Source of the DNA: Andalucia godoyi And28
Lineage: Eukaryota > Protista > Jakobida
Reading direction: 5' to 3'
NCBI GenBank assembly: GCA_009859145.1
Contig: VRVR01000013.1
Span: 272,786 to 336,785 of the forward strand
DNA: 64,000 nucleotides
Part shown: positions 10,664 through 21,894 of the stretch, piece after piece
How the letters are laid out: each line of letters opens with the position of its first letter
Numbering within the stretch: position 1 is the first letter of the stretch
Program-made: the position numbers and the translations under genes
Notes under the pieces: generated by a model
What the model was told of the DNA's origin: nothing
Database searches by the model: none
Seen by the model: only the letters and a program-made list of their open reading frames with translations

Positions 10664-12165
10664 TTACTGCTCGTCGTCCATGAGTTCGTGTCCGTGCTCC
10701 AGGAGATAGTTTGCAGCGGCGTCCTCGTTTTTATCGCATGCAAAGTATGCTTGAGCAGCGAGGGTCTTTGGAAATCCCATGCTCGCAAGTCTTTCGATTG
10801 CTGCATTTTCCTCGGGAGTGACTCGGATGGCGCCCGGCGGAGCAACCTGTCCGCCACCCTGTCCGCCCTGTCCTCCAGCAGCAGACATTTGGCTGAGGGC
10901 AGCCATGGCGTGCTGTCTTTCCTGGTCCGACATTGGTTCCTGGAGCATCTGGATGAACTCGCGCTGGTTGGCGTTGATGAACTGGAGCAACTCCGGCGAC
11001 GAGTCTCCCAGCTGGGAGATAATGGGACCAAGAAGCTGCGGTTGTGCTTGGACAAGCATTCTGATACCGAGAATCTGCGGATCCTGGCGCAGCGTATCCA
11101 TCGTGATGGGACGTCCATCCTCCCCAGCACCCAATCCAAAATCATCTCCTCCATCGTCTTCCCCGTCGTCCTCCCCGTCGTCCTCGATATCATACATTGC
11201 AGCGTCCATTTCTGCCATTGGATTGCTGGAATCCGTCGCAGACTGCACCGATGTATTCGCCGTCGCAGCTGCTACTGCCGACGTCGATGGATGCGCAGTC
11301 GACGTGCTTGATGCAGGACGCGCAGCGGGCATCACAGGATCAATATTTGGCACACTTCCAGAAAGTAGGTAGTCAACAGCGCGGTCCGGGTTGTTAAATG
11401 CTGCACGCAGAGCACGCAAAACAAGCGGACGGTCAAACCCCATCGAACACAGCTCCTGAATCACCGGCTCAGCAGCTGCGCCGAACACAAGATCGTTTCC
11501 AGCTGCTCCCGAAGGGCGAGCAGGAGCATTCGGAGCTGTCACGCCTGATGTAGTCGTTGCCGCCGGCGTCGAAACCGGCGTCGCCGCCAACGATGATGCT
11601 GAGGCTGACGAAGGCGCTGGAGTCGCTGGAACACTCGGCGTCGGTTCTAATGCTCACCAGAAAAAAAGAAAATCCGAAAAAAATAATAATACAAAGTATA
11701 TGCAACACAAAACATTAGTAAATTATTCGTGTTTTAGTAGAGGATGGGATGGCACCATCACCATACGCCCCGACGATGACGGTGAAGTAAGCACGAAGGA
11801 TGGAGGAACAAAAATGAAAGAAGGGAATGAGAAGGAGGAGGAGGAGGAGAAGGGGAGAAAAGGAAAAAAAAATAGAAGAGAAACATGAAGGAGAACATGC
11901 TGGGAGTATCTTCGATCTTTGGTGCAGAAGGCTTCGACTTTGACACCATGATAACGAGGGACGCGCCGTCTTCGATTCCATTTGATGCGATAGAAGAGTC
12001 ATCCGCGAGGACCTTTCCCTTGAAAATGAGCTTCTGAGCGGCCACGGGAGCCTCATTCGCACCCATTTGTGCCTCCAAAAGACCCTTGATGTGCGAGACC
12101 GTGTCTTCGGCTGCACACGACACGGAAATCTTGGCTCCTGAAATAGTCTTGAATGTCAATTGCAT
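10664..12165 (-). CDS. RAD23: RAD23 UV excision repair / proteasome shuttle, 2 exons: 12165-11901 + 11646-10664 (415 aa)
   Basis: UBL (MQLTFKT...QKLIFKGKVLADD), UBA1 (MGFDRPLVLRALRAAFNNPDRAVDYLLSG), XPC-binding STI1 (QAQPQLLGPIISQLGDSSPELLQFINANQREFIQML), UBA2 (EENAAIERLASMGF...QAYFACDKNEDAAANYL). Confidence 0.95.
11647..11900 (-). other. Putative GC-AG intron (254 nt) in RAD23
   Basis: Minus strand: CCA|GCATGT donor, TACTAAT at 11720-11714, TTAG acceptor; phase 1/1 joins UBL to the UBA region in frame. Confidence 0.7.
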
Positions 12166-12547
12166 CGCGGTTTTTCTTTTTTTTCTTTTTTTTTGTTTTG
12201 TTTTGTTTTGTCGCTTCTCTGTTTCTCAGCTTCTTACGAAGGATCAAGAAACCTAAATAAAATTAAACAAAAACTCCCCCAAAATAATAATAAAATAAAT
12301 ACCAACAACCAACAACCAAAAAACAAAAAACCAAAATAAACGGGGTTTAAAGACATGTAAAATATAATTCACTGATAATAAAAGGACTGCGCTTCACGTC
12401 AAAAAAGAACGCCCGACTTGAATCTGAAAGCATTCCTCTTAACATCTCGGCATCCACACTACAGCTGCTGTGTTTATGACGATTGAAAATGGAATTGCAT
12501 AAAGTTTTTTTAAATTTTTTATCTTTATTATACACAGTCGACAGAGT

Positions 12548-13504
12548 CTACCAAGCGATCTGGTGGGGGAGAGTGTGCAGCTGGTCGACAGGAAGCAGTT
12601 CGACGGCATCGGGTACTCGTTCCCAGATGCCCCAGTGTGTGGAGAGATTTTTTGACTTTTTGACCTTTGCGCCGTCTTCGCTGGAGTGCAGAATGTGACG
12701 AATGTAGGGATCAGTGACCTGCTGCGGGACCATGAACGCGCCCTCTTTGTTTCTGGCTGTTAATTCTTCTTCAAAGTCGTCGTACGCAACCACCTTGCGA
12801 AACAGAGGATGCGCATCGACTGCAGACCTCATCCAATCCCACAGCTCCTTGACATCGGTGACTGCATATAGCTTCGCACCAAGTCTTAGCACATGTGCAT
12901 ACTCGGCGAGCAGCTCGGGTGTGATGATCCTTCTTCTGTGATTCGACTTTTTGAAATGCGGGTCTGGATGAATGAAGAATATGCCGTTCAGCTGGCCCTT
13001 TTCAAAGTAGTTTGGCAGAAACCGCATGCCATTCGACCGGACAACCGATACATTTGTGTAGCGCAGCGGATTTTTCTCTCGTAGGTCTTCCATCCGCCCC
13101 TTTGCAAACTCGGCTACGCGATCCCGGATCTCAATTCCAAGAAACACCTCGTCTGGGAACAGCGGCGCAAGTCGCACAAGCATGCCGCCCCACGCGCACC
13201 CGACATCGCACATCGTCACTTTCTCTTGCGGATACCCATCCGGTCGCATTGCTTCTTCCTCGGCCGACGATGCCAATGCCGCACTGAGCTGAGGATAGTA
13301 CGACGAAAATGGAAACAGCGATGGCCGAGCGGGAACATAGTATGTCTCGTCCGACAGCGGATTCGAATGCGCACGGACCTTTATTGGGAAGTTGTACCCT
13401 CGCTTCATCGAATACTGCTTCTTCACTGCTTGAACACTCTCACTCTCACCGTCCCCTTCACCCTCACCGCCACCAGTTCCAAATGAGCCGCCCTTTTGCG
13501 CCAT
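12548..13504 (-). CDS. METTL1: tRNA (guanine-N7)-methyltransferase catalytic subunit Trm8/METTL1
   Basis: KVRAHSNPLSD, DVGCAWGGML, LGIEIR, NGMRFLPNYFEKGQL, PDPHFKKSNHRRRII, TDVKELWDWM. Confidence 0.95.
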   Translation of the reverse strand: MAQKGGSFGTGGGEGEGDGESESVQAVKKQYSMKRGYNFPIKVRAHSNPLSDETYYVPARPSLFPFSSYYPQLSAALASSAEEEAMRPDGYPQEKVTMCDVGCAWGGMLVRLAPLFPDEVFLGIEIRDRVAEFAKGRMEDLREKNPLRYTNVSVVRSNGMRFLPNYFEKGQLNGIFFIHPDPHFKKSNHRRRIITPELLAEYAHVLRLGAKLYAVTDVKELWDWMRSAVDAHPLFRKVVAYDDFEEELTARNKEGAFMVPQQVTDPYIRHILHSSEDGAKVKKSKNLSTHWGIWERVPDAVELLPVDQLHTLPHQIAW

Positions 13505-13804
13505 GATGATGTCCAGTAAGTATCCGCGTGCCTCGCCTTCTCTGTCGTTCAGAAGAAATCTGCCTTTTGTTTATTGTGCTGTTTGCCAGCAGTTTCATGA
13601 AAACCCTCTTCGAAAGACCCGCGAAAAGATGGTCGATACGCTTCCTTCTAGGATCCAGCATCAAGTCTGAACGTGCGCCCCTTCCCGCCATTCATCTGTG
13701 CTTCCAAAATCGCGTTGGGGAGGTTTCCACGATTTCCACACGCACACAAATAATAATAACATTTGTTAATAGAGAGAAGAGAGGAGGATAGAACAGGGAG
13801 AAAA

Positions 13805-15391
13805 ATGTTTGTATCAACGCAGACGGCCGCGCAAAAGTCCTGGCGTTTTCCGTCACCGGCCTCTCTTTCGGCGCGCCGTGCTCAAATATACCGCCACGGA
13901 TGCCGTCTTTCGCGTCTGTCGCACTCTCACTCTCACTCTTATTCGCAGTCCAACTCCAGCTCATCCCAGTCAGAGCCAGCGTGCGATCGTGCGAATCCGT
14001 CTGTTCTTGCGTTGTCTCTGGCTCATCCGTACCGCTCGGACGAGCAGCTTTCGCACGGGGAAGGACAAGGCCAGCGTGATGTAGAAGACCTGGAAGATGT
14101 AGAGGAAGGAGCTGGAGAGGATGACAAAGTGGGGCTTAGTATTGCCGAGTGTGCGCTGCTGGAGACCGCTGCACTGGGTCGGCTGTTTGCGTATTTTCAT
14201 CATCCAACACGCTTTCTGACTCGTTCGTCTCGTCCAACAGCCAGTACTGCAGGTGCTGGTAGCAGCGGCCAGGCGCTGTCGACGCATGTTCTCTACACGG
14301 CGGCTGCATATGTACGCCGATTCTACTCGCGAGTGTCCGTGCTCGAGGCAGACCCGACACTCATTGCTGTCGCTGCAGTGTTTCTTGCTGCCAAGGTTGA
14401 AGAAGCACACATTGCTCCGTCGCACCTCATTTCCCAAGTCCTTGCTTTTGAGTCCTCTTCTTCCACCTCTTCTTCCGCCTCTTCTTCCGCCTCTTCTTCC
14501 GCCTCTTCTTCCGCTTCCTCGGCATTGTCGTCATCGAGCACAATAACAACGGCACTGAACGACGTGACATTGAAGCGCGCAGAAGTGGTGTTGGCGAGTG
14601 TGTTGCGATGGGATTTGCATGTTCCTTCTGCCCATCGTTGCGTCCTCGGTCTCTATGATCCATCATCATCATCATCATCTTCTTCTTCTTCTTCATCGTC
14701 CCATGTATTGGATGTGGTGCATGAAAGAATTGACACGTGGGCCGTGCGCACGGATGCGGTGCTCTTGTATCCTGCATCCGTCATCGCTGCAGCAGCTCTT
14801 CTGTCTGCCTCTGCGGATGACCACTCCGGTAGTGCTGGAGGAGGGAGTGGAGTTGGTGGCGGAGCAGTGATTGAAAAGTATCAGAGTTCAGCGGGCGCGC
14901 AGTATGACCTGGTTGAGATTGCAGCAATGCTGGACGCGCAAGTTGCGGAAGAAAAGGGGGGCAAATCAGAGATGGCAGAAAAGAGAGAGATGGTGCGAGT
15001 TGCAAGGGCGCGATGGGCAAAATGTAGAGTCCGCGAGACGGATGTGGCAAGTGCACAGTTCGAGGAGCTTGAAAGGGCTCGAGGAGACCACTGGGCGGAA
15101 AAGCGGTCGCAGAGGCTCAAAGAACGCGCAATAGTCGAGAAGGAGGAGGAACTGGAGTTGCTCATGGGCAAGCCAAAGAGACTCTTGCGCATTGCTCCCG
15201 ACGACGACGACGACGACGACGACGACGCTGATGGCGCTGATGGCGCGGATGGCAACCATGGCGAGGGCCGACCCCGCAATCACAATCGCAGTCGCAATCG
15301 CAGTCGCAGTCGCAACCACATACACAATGGCAATGGCGGTGATAGCGATAGCGATAACGACGACGATGATTCATGGCTTAAACGTGTCTAA
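13805..15391 (+). CDS. CCNH: Cyclin H-like transcriptional cyclin, about 528 aa
   Basis: N-terminal MFVSTQTAAQKSWRF; cyclin box VLYTAAAYVRRFYSRVSVLEADPTLIAVAAVFLAAKVEE; LASVLRWDLHVPSAHR; TDAVLLYPASVIAAAAL; poly-S inserts and an acidic tail. Confidence 0.7.
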   Translation: MFVSTQTAAQKSWRFPSPASLSARRAQIYRHGCRLSRLSHSHSHSYSQSNSSSSQSEPACDRANPSVLALSLAHPYRSDEQLSHGEGQGQRDVEDLEDVEEGAGEDDKVGLSIAECALLETAALGRLFAYFHHPTRFLTRSSRPTASTAGAGSSGQALSTHVLYTAAAYVRRFYSRVSVLEADPTLIAVAAVFLAAKVEEAHIAPSHLISQVLAFESSSSTSSSASSSASSSASSSASSALSSSSTITTALNDVTLKRAEVVLASVLRWDLHVPSAHRCVLGLYDPSSSSSSSSSSSSSHVLDVVHERIDTWAVRTDAVLLYPASVIAAAALLSASADDHSGSAGGGSGVGGGAVIEKYQSSAGAQYDLVEIAAMLDAQVAEEKGGKSEMAEKREMVRVARARWAKCRVRETDVASAQFEELERARGDHWAEKRSQRLKERAIVEKEEELELLMGKPKRLLRIAPDDDDDDDDDADGADGADGNHGEGRPRNHNRSRNRSRSRNHIHNGNGGDSDSDNDDDDSWLKRV

Positions 15392-15687
15392 TCCATACCG
15401 TTTTACTCATACATATGTACACACATGCACATTCATCTGTCCTGTGATTATATCTGCCCCGTGAGAGTGCATTTTTGTCGCATAGAGCGCACGTTCCCAT
15501 CCACCACTGGACCTGCCGTAATCGAAAACGCGTCCCTTGTGCATCTGTCAGCTGGTTCTTTTGAAAACCCTTTTTAAAGGAAAGCTTTTCCAATAGCTTC
15601 GAATTCATTGTTCCTGTTGTTGTTGCCTTTATCATTCCCGTGTGTCTCTCCACGTCCACGTCCACGTCCACGTCCAGGAGCTTGTTG

Positions 15688-17031
15688 ATGATCATGATGT
15701 CGAGTTACTCGCGCCTGTTGCGAGTGCTTGTGCTGGCGTGTGTAGTTGTCGCGAGCGTGTGTCCCAGTCCGGCACATGCGAACCGAGGGCCGTCGCCGGG
15801 CGTAGCATTACGCGATGCCTCCGGTTCATCCTCTGTGCTGGTCGTGCTCGACAGCCGGCAGTCGGTGCCCGCGGTGCTCGATGGCGTGCTGCGTGCCGCG
15901 GGTCTGGCACTCGCTACCGCCTCGGCTGCGGACGTGTCCTCGCAGAAAGTGCGTCTCGGTCGACATCTGTCAGCTGTCATCGTCCTTGCCGCTGCCGCTA
16001 CGGGCATTCCCGCCGACTCACCCTTCTGGGATGCTCTCACGGCCCACGTCGACGACGGCGGTAACGCCCTTCTTGTCGCCGCTCAGCCCGCCGCAGCTTC
16101 GTTTTTGGCCTCATGCGGACTGAAGCTCCATCCAGCAGGCTCCTCGACGATCCGCGACTTTGCATCGGACCACACCGGGCGCACTACTCTCGCTGCGGCT
16201 TCCTTTCTCGGAATTCCCGCCAACTCGTCCTTTCACTACGCCGACTCTTCGTCTTCGTCTTTCTCTGTGCCGCTTCTCACCAAAGACCCCTCCAACGGAC
16301 TCGTGGTTCCCATTGTCAGTCCTGCCTGGACCGCCCACATCTCTTCCTCCTCCTCTTCGTCGTCCTCTTCGTCGTTGGGGTCAGTTGTGCTGGTGGCTGC
16401 GCTCCAAGCCCGCTCCAATGGTCGTATTGCTGTAGTCCCGAGCGCGTCCTCGCTGTCGGACCCTGCAAACGCAGCAGTTGTAGTCGCACTTCTCGAGTGG
16501 ACACTCCAGCAAACACGCGTCGTCCGTGCGGTTTCGTTTTCGTTTTCGTCGTCGTCGTCATCGTCGTCATCAACGGCGGCGGCGTCTGGATCCTCGGGGC
16601 AGCTGACGGTCGAGCAACCGTTGCATGCGACGGTTCGGCTGGAGCGCTACGACCGCGAGCAAAAAGCGTGGATCCCCGCGGGCGCAGCCGAGGGACTCGA
16701 GCTCAAGCCCGTGCTGGAGTTCTCGATGGTGTCACCGTACGTGCGACAGCCGATGACGTTCCGCCCAGACGACGGTCTGTTTGCGACGGATTTTGTGGTT
16801 CCGGACCAGCCGGGCGTGTTCACGATCCGCGTGCTGCTTCGCCAGCCAGGATTCTCGTTTGTGGACATCCGACAGACGATCGGCGTACGACCACTGAACA
16901 CCGATGAATACGAGCGGTTTCTGCACGAAGCGCAGCCGTACTATGTCGCCGCGCTTTCTGTCATGGTCGCTGCTGCCGCGTGGTTCATGGCCTTTGTCTA
17001 CCAGTCCAACTCAGACTCTTCCCGCAAATAG
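15688..17031 (+). CDS. DDOST: Oligosaccharyltransferase 48-kDa subunit (OST48/Wbp1), about 447 aa
   Basis: Signal peptide; VLVAALQARSNGRIAV; C-terminal MVSPYVRQPM...FVVPDQPGVFTIRV...VRPLNTDEYERFL..AQPYYVAALSVM followed by a TM helix. Confidence 0.88.
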   Translation: MIMMSSYSRLLRVLVLACVVVASVCPSPAHANRGPSPGVALRDASGSSSVLVVLDSRQSVPAVLDGVLRAAGLALATASAADVSSQKVRLGRHLSAVIVLAAAATGIPADSPFWDALTAHVDDGGNALLVAAQPAAASFLASCGLKLHPAGSSTIRDFASDHTGRTTLAAASFLGIPANSSFHYADSSSSSFSVPLLTKDPSNGLVVPIVSPAWTAHISSSSSSSSSSSLGSVVLVAALQARSNGRIAVVPSASSLSDPANAAVVVALLEWTLQQTRVVRAVSFSFSSSSSSSSSTAAASGSSGQLTVEQPLHATVRLERYDREQKAWIPAGAAEGLELKPVLEFSMVSPYVRQPMTFRPDDGLFATDFVVPDQPGVFTIRVLLRQPGFSFVDIRQTIGVRPLNTDEYERFLHEAQPYYVAALSVMVAAAAWFMAFVYQSNSDSSRK

Positions 17032-17190
17032 CTCCTTTTTTATCAACCCTTGTCAATAAAACCACAATCAACAACAAACAACAGCAACAAGAGAAACAAC
17101 GATGATTTTACTTTTGGGTATCTTAATTTACGTACTGTGCCTACCACGACTACCTACCACGACTGCCGAGTACCGACTCCTTATGAAGCT

Positions 17191-17454
17191 CTAGGAAGCG
17201 ACGGGGCCCTTTCCACCGGGGATAAGAGCGGCGATTTGGTTACCGTTCAGCATCATTGTATCGCGTTTCGACACGACTCGGAAAGAGCCGGGAGAGTCTT
17301 CTGCATACTCGGTGGCATTCTGCAGCACGAGATTCACGTGGTCATCGAACCCAATCAGCGTGCCCGTAAACTCCAAATCGGACTTCATTACTACCCAGAT
17401 CGACCGATTCATGCACTGATCCACAAGCCCAAGAGGCTGCATTCGCTCCGTCAT
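17191..17454 (-). CDS. LSM5: Sm-like protein LSm5
   Basis: PLGLVDQCMNRSIWVVMKSDLEFTGTLIGFDDHVNLVLQNATEY...MLNGNQIAALIPGG (Sm1/Sm2 motifs). Confidence 0.92.
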   Translation of the reverse strand: MTERMQPLGLVDQCMNRSIWVVMKSDLEFTGTLIGFDDHVNLVLQNATEYAEDSPGSFRVVSKRDTMMLNGNQIAALIPGGKGPVAS

Positions 17455-17784
17455 TCTCTCTTCTCCTTTCTCCCTCCCCTTCTCTCTCTCCCTCTCTCTT
17501 TCTCTCTCGCCAAAAGCCCAACTCTTTAAGATTTGTGACTATCGCCTCACTGCTTTCACGCACGGTGGACGAAATGTCGACTGTTTTCGACCGTTTTTGC
17601 GGAAAGCTTTGATGGTTCTCCTCTACAGTCGCTGCGAGTGGGGTTTCCCGAATGAAAAATCGGACTGCGTTTGCTTTCTTCTTGTCGGTTTTTAAATGAC
17701 TGTTGGATTTCTTTTTGCGCTTGTTGATATGGTTTGATTTTGATTTTCAGGATTTGGGATGGAAGAGACGAGAGGGGATCCGAG

Positions 17785-18660
17785 ATGCAGAGGATAGGAA
17801 GTGCGTGTCGATCGGTGTTCTTGAATCAGGCTGCAAAGTTGCGGATGCTGACAAACTCGATTCGTTCGTCGCCGTCGCCGTCGGCATCGCCATCGACTAC
17901 AAGAACAACAACAACTACTGCTACAGATGGTGGCGGTGGTGTTTCGTCTGCGCGGTCGTCGGGTTGGGGTGTAGAGAGAATGGAAAAGATGCGAGAGTCA
18001 TTGTTGGGGATGCAGAGCAGTGTTCGAACGATGAATGCAAAGATTGCGAGTGCGAATCAGAGTTTTCGGGAGTCTGTCAAGGATGCAGTACAAGATCTGC
18101 ACGAGGACATTCGAGAAAATATACAGTTGAAGACGCAGGGGCTCTCCGACTCGGTGAGCAGCAAGACAGATGCGCTCAAGCAGTCGGTGGTGTCTGCCAA
18201 GGACTCGTTGGCAGATGCCGTGAGCACCAGAGCGGAGGTGCTTAAGGACACTGTCAAGGACAAGGTGGAAGATGTGCGCGAAGACCTGGCGAGTGTGAAG
18301 AGTTCTCTGTGGAGAAGAGTGGCTCCCGTTGTTTCGCCGGCATCGGTACTGTCAAAGAGCGCGTCCATGCTTGGAGTGAACTTGGCTGCCATCCAGCAGT
18401 CGGTTGATCTCGTCCTGGGTGTTGGAACGACCGTGATTGCGGTGCAGTTGCTTCCTGCGCCGTATGCGATTGGAATGGGAGTTGCGGTCGTCCTGGTTCG
18501 TGTCATCCGCAGAATGTCAATGCTCGCATTGGCGGTACCGTGCGTTCTTTTCGCTGTGTTTGCGTATGAAGGGTACTGCGTCGTCGTTCCTGTGGCGGAA
18601 AGACACCCGTTTGTACGCCAAATCGACCATTTCCTCGGACGCAAAGACGATCCTGCGTAG
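17785..18660 (+). CDS. Hypothetical membrane protein (R/S-rich N-terminus, helical repeat core, C-terminal hydrophobic segments), about 291 aa
   Basis: Long ORF with coding-like composition between A/T-rich spacers; 2-3 hydrophobic stretches near the C-terminus; no family recognised. Confidence 0.65.
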   Translation: MQRIGSACRSVFLNQAAKLRMLTNSIRSSPSPSASPSTTRTTTTTATDGGGGVSSARSSGWGVERMEKMRESLLGMQSSVRTMNAKIASANQSFRESVKDAVQDLHEDIRENIQLKTQGLSDSVSSKTDALKQSVVSAKDSLADAVSTRAEVLKDTVKDKVEDVREDLASVKSSLWRRVAPVVSPASVLSKSASMLGVNLAAIQQSVDLVLGVGTTVIAVQLLPAPYAIGMGVAVVLVRVIRRMSMLALAVPCVLFAVFAYEGYCVVVPVAERHPFVRQIDHFLGRKDDPA

Positions 18661-18844
18661 CCAAGAGTTCACTATTTTTCATAACTTATCAAACTTTTAT
18701 CAATAATAACGGACACCGACAATGTCAACATTCCCCAACCAACCTTTTCCCTTATATCCCATACCTTATTCCATATCTCCTGTTTTCCCTTCTTTTCGTT
18801 CTCTTTGGGTGTCGAACAGATTACTGCGTTGCATACTACCCTAC

Positions 18845-20626
18845 TTACTTACCTTCTAGGAAATCCTCGTCGAAAAAACCAACAACGGTGACGATCATGC
18901 ACAGGATGCCAATGACGAGGATGGGATAGACGATAGCAGGATGCCCGAGTACATGGTAGCCGTACTTTGATCGCAGATTGTCTTTTCCAAACATTTGTAT
19001 GCATACTTTTCTAGATTTGAGCAGCAGGATGACAGGCAGGATGATGATCATGACGAAGCCGACGAGTCCCGCAGGTCGCAAGATGAGGTCGAGCTGTTTT
19101 GCGCCGATCGCCATGAGAATTGGCGGAATTGCTGCAACGAGTCTGGAGACCAGTTTCTTCTTTCTGGACATTTTCAAATCCGGTCGTGCACCCGCAAGCG
19201 TGTTCCCCAGCGTGAGTGCGTTGAGCGGAAACGCTGAGAGCACGTCCAGCGCCGGGAACAAGACCACAAAGTACGACACAAATTGTGCCCATATGGGCAC
19301 CGTCTCGTCATGCGCTGCTCCGCCTCGAAAGTATGAAAAGTTGAGCGATGCCGTCGGCTCCGTATACGTTCCATAGTACAGCGCCATGCTGACTCCAAGC
19401 ATCGTATACAGCACAAATGTCGTTGCATACATGCCGAAGAACATGTTTCTCGCAGCAGGCCACTTCTTCTTCAGCGGCTGCATCAAGCCGGGTGTCGAGT
19501 GGTGCATGACATTTGCGTACAGCAACACCGGCACTAGCACGACAATGCCCGATGCCTTGACTGCACGCAGCCCAGATGCATAGTACGGAGCGCTTGTGCC
19601 GCTTCCCACCGCATCGTCTGCGTGCCGCGACATGCTGTATCGGTCGTGGTACAACGCCCAGACGGACACCACGGTCATCGTACCAATAGCGAGAAACCGG
19701 CATGTTGTGAGGGCAACCTGGATGTATTTTTGCTCTTCAAGATCCAGACATGTCAGGGGGACTGCAATAATGGAAAACACAGCAAGCCAGAACAGATACA
19801 CCCCTTCGCACGCGCTAGACGAGTCGCTGTATATATCGCATGTCCGCCACTCGCCTTCCGAGTAAAAAGGAACATTCGCAGAGAACGATTGCGCAAACAC
19901 AGACGCATACGAACAGAGTGCGGCTATAAAGTACAGCGCAGAAAGCACAGCATACACCCGCATCAGCCATTTCCCAACGAACAGTTCGCACAGAAACGGC
20001 ACATCAAATCGCCGAAACGTAATTTCGTACTTCGGAAACCGACCGCTCTTAGACGAAGCCACAGCCGCAGAAGCAGAGGACGTAGAGGCAGAGGCAGAAG
20101 AGTTGTAGTCGGACGCCGGAGACAAGAGAGAGTACGCCGAGATAGAAGACGGAGAAGCAGAAGCATCCGAAGGACGAGCACTGACGACTGCCTCGGCTCG
20201 CGACGCAATCTCCACGAGCCACAAAACACTAACAACGGCTATAACCGTAATCAGCAGCATATACAGTATCCCGAACGCCAGACCCGCATTGTAAAACCCC
20301 CATGGAATTCCAAGGACTCCAACGCCTGTCACAAACACATCCCCTCGTCAGTCATAATGAATCATGCATGCAAAAGCACGACAAACTGCAATCCACCCAA
20401 CCAACCAAAAAAAAGAGAAGAAAAGAAAAGAAAAGAAAAGAAAGACCCCATTTTCGACAAAACAATAGAAAGATACGAGATACCAGAAAGGAAACGACAT
20501 ACCGAGAATGTAATTTACGCACATGGAATACCCAACAAACGTCGAAAAGGTCGCCACATGCGCGGGCGCAGGCACCTGTGACGACCGCGAGAGAAGCGAC
20601 ACTTGCTCATCCGTAAGCACCGGCAT
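18845..20626 (-). CDS. TMEM104: Amino-acid transporter (AAAP/Aa_trans family, TMEM104-like), 2 exons: 20626-20503 + 20325-18845 (534 aa)
   Basis: Spliced TM1 FSTFVGYSMCVNYILGVGVLGIPWGF; VLLYANVMHHSTPGL; YFVVLFPALDVLSAFPLNALTLGN; about 11 TM segments. Confidence 0.82.
20326..20502 (-). other. Spliceosomal intron (GT-AG, 177 nt)
   Basis: Minus strand GTATGT donor at 20502, GACTGAC branch-like site at 20353-20347, ACAG acceptor; phase 1/1 restores the transporter TM1. Confidence 0.88.
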
Positions 20627-20767
20627 TCTCCAGGCAAGCCTATAAGTAGTGCCTTTTGGCTGCACAACTTTCAGTGAAACAGAACGAGTTCTTATTTGCT
20701 TCGCTGATTTATTATTCAAAAAAATAATAACAAAATACAACATAATTAGCATATTCTGTTTCCTGTA

Positions 20768-21894
20768 AGGCACAGCTATATCCGTAAGGGCGCTTCCATA
20801 AAATTTCCATTTAGAAATTCCAGCAGTTCCTCAAACCGGTCTTCTTTTTCCCCTTTCCGTTTCTCTCTCGTTTCCTTTTCCCTTATGTCTGTTATCCGCT
20901 GTCTCTCGTCCCTTGGATTTTTGTTTGTTGAACCCATTCCCTTTTTCCTTTTTCCCTTTCTCCCGTTTCACCTTGGACTTCGTTGTGTCAAATAAAATAT
21001 TGAATAAAACACTGCTGTGTTCGCATTTTGATGTTTCACCGTTTTTATTTGGCACCACATCCTCCTCACACTTCGCCACACGTTGTCGGGTTTGTCGGTT
21101 TTGTCGGCTTCATACTTGCACATCTTCGGAATCCGATGGTGTAGGCGGTGAAAGCTGCGCTCCGAGAGCGGCTGCGCCATCCCGATCTGCACGATACCCT
21201 CCTGAGTTGGGTGAACGATTCGCCGTTCATCACGTGGCGCGGCGCACTCCTGCTAAACCACTACCTCGCCCTTGTGTTGGAGAATGACCTGCCCTTTCCC
21301 GATTTCAAGGATCCGTTCTGTTGTAGCTGTCGCAGTGTTGTCGATAAAAATGTCGACAACGACACGGACTTGTCCGTTTGTGTGTAGCCGACGGTTTGTT
21401 TCTTTTATTCTTTGTTCGTAAAATAAATCAGATAGGTTTTATTATTTTAGGTGACATAACAACCGCCGATTCCGCGGACGTGTCAAGAAGCAGCAGGTGA
21501 CGGCCAAGCTGCTGGACCGTCTGGCTACCCGCGACCAGGTGGCACCCTTTTTTCGGTTCCACCAACACCCGAAGAGGGTGCGCATGCGGATGCTCGAGAA
21601 TCCGGTGTTGCGTCGTGAGCGCTTCGTGCCCCGGGGGGTTGAGACACTGCGCCATAGTGAACTGTCCATCTGGCCGCCGGTGCGTGGGCCGCGATGCCAA
21701 CACCGCGATGAACATTCGTCAGTGCTGGCTCAGCCGACCGCGGCTCTTGTGTCGGAATCCACGCGGTATTCCCAGTCCAAGCGAGCTGGAGTCTCGCGTA
21801 GGGCACTCATGAAGATTGAAAATGTCTGGTTCTGCCGAGGATTTCACGCCTCTCGTTCCTGGGAATCCCTGCATTGATTTAAATAGGTGTGCCC
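20768..21894 (+). mobile_element. Non-autonomous, decayed Fanzor/TnpB-carrying DNA transposon with TA flanks
   Basis: TA at 20766-20767 and 21895-21896; left end AGGCACAGCTATAT vs reverse complement of right end GGGCACACCTATTT (11/14); contains Fanzor-like coding fragments. Confidence 0.62.
21136..21812 (+). pseudogene. Fanzor (eukaryotic TnpB-like RNA-guided nuclease) pseudogene, internally deleted
   Basis: N-terminal MV*AVKAALRERL...TLLSWVNDSPFITWRGALLLNHYLALVLENDLPFPDF; then RRFRGRVKKQQVTAKLLDRL (bridge-helix-like); frameshift to FGSTNTRRG...RHCAIVNCPSGRRCVGRDANTAMNIRQCWLSRPRLLCR (Zn finger plus RuvC-III RDxNxAxNI and the RP..L.R tail). RuvC-I and RuvC-II segments are not found. Confidence 0.7.

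Noticed and set aside
10360-11193. Upstream 278-codon extension of the MON2 ORF in the track
   Set aside because: It overlaps the RAD23 3' end and an A/T-rich spacer; the MON2 family N-terminus begins at ATG 10359.
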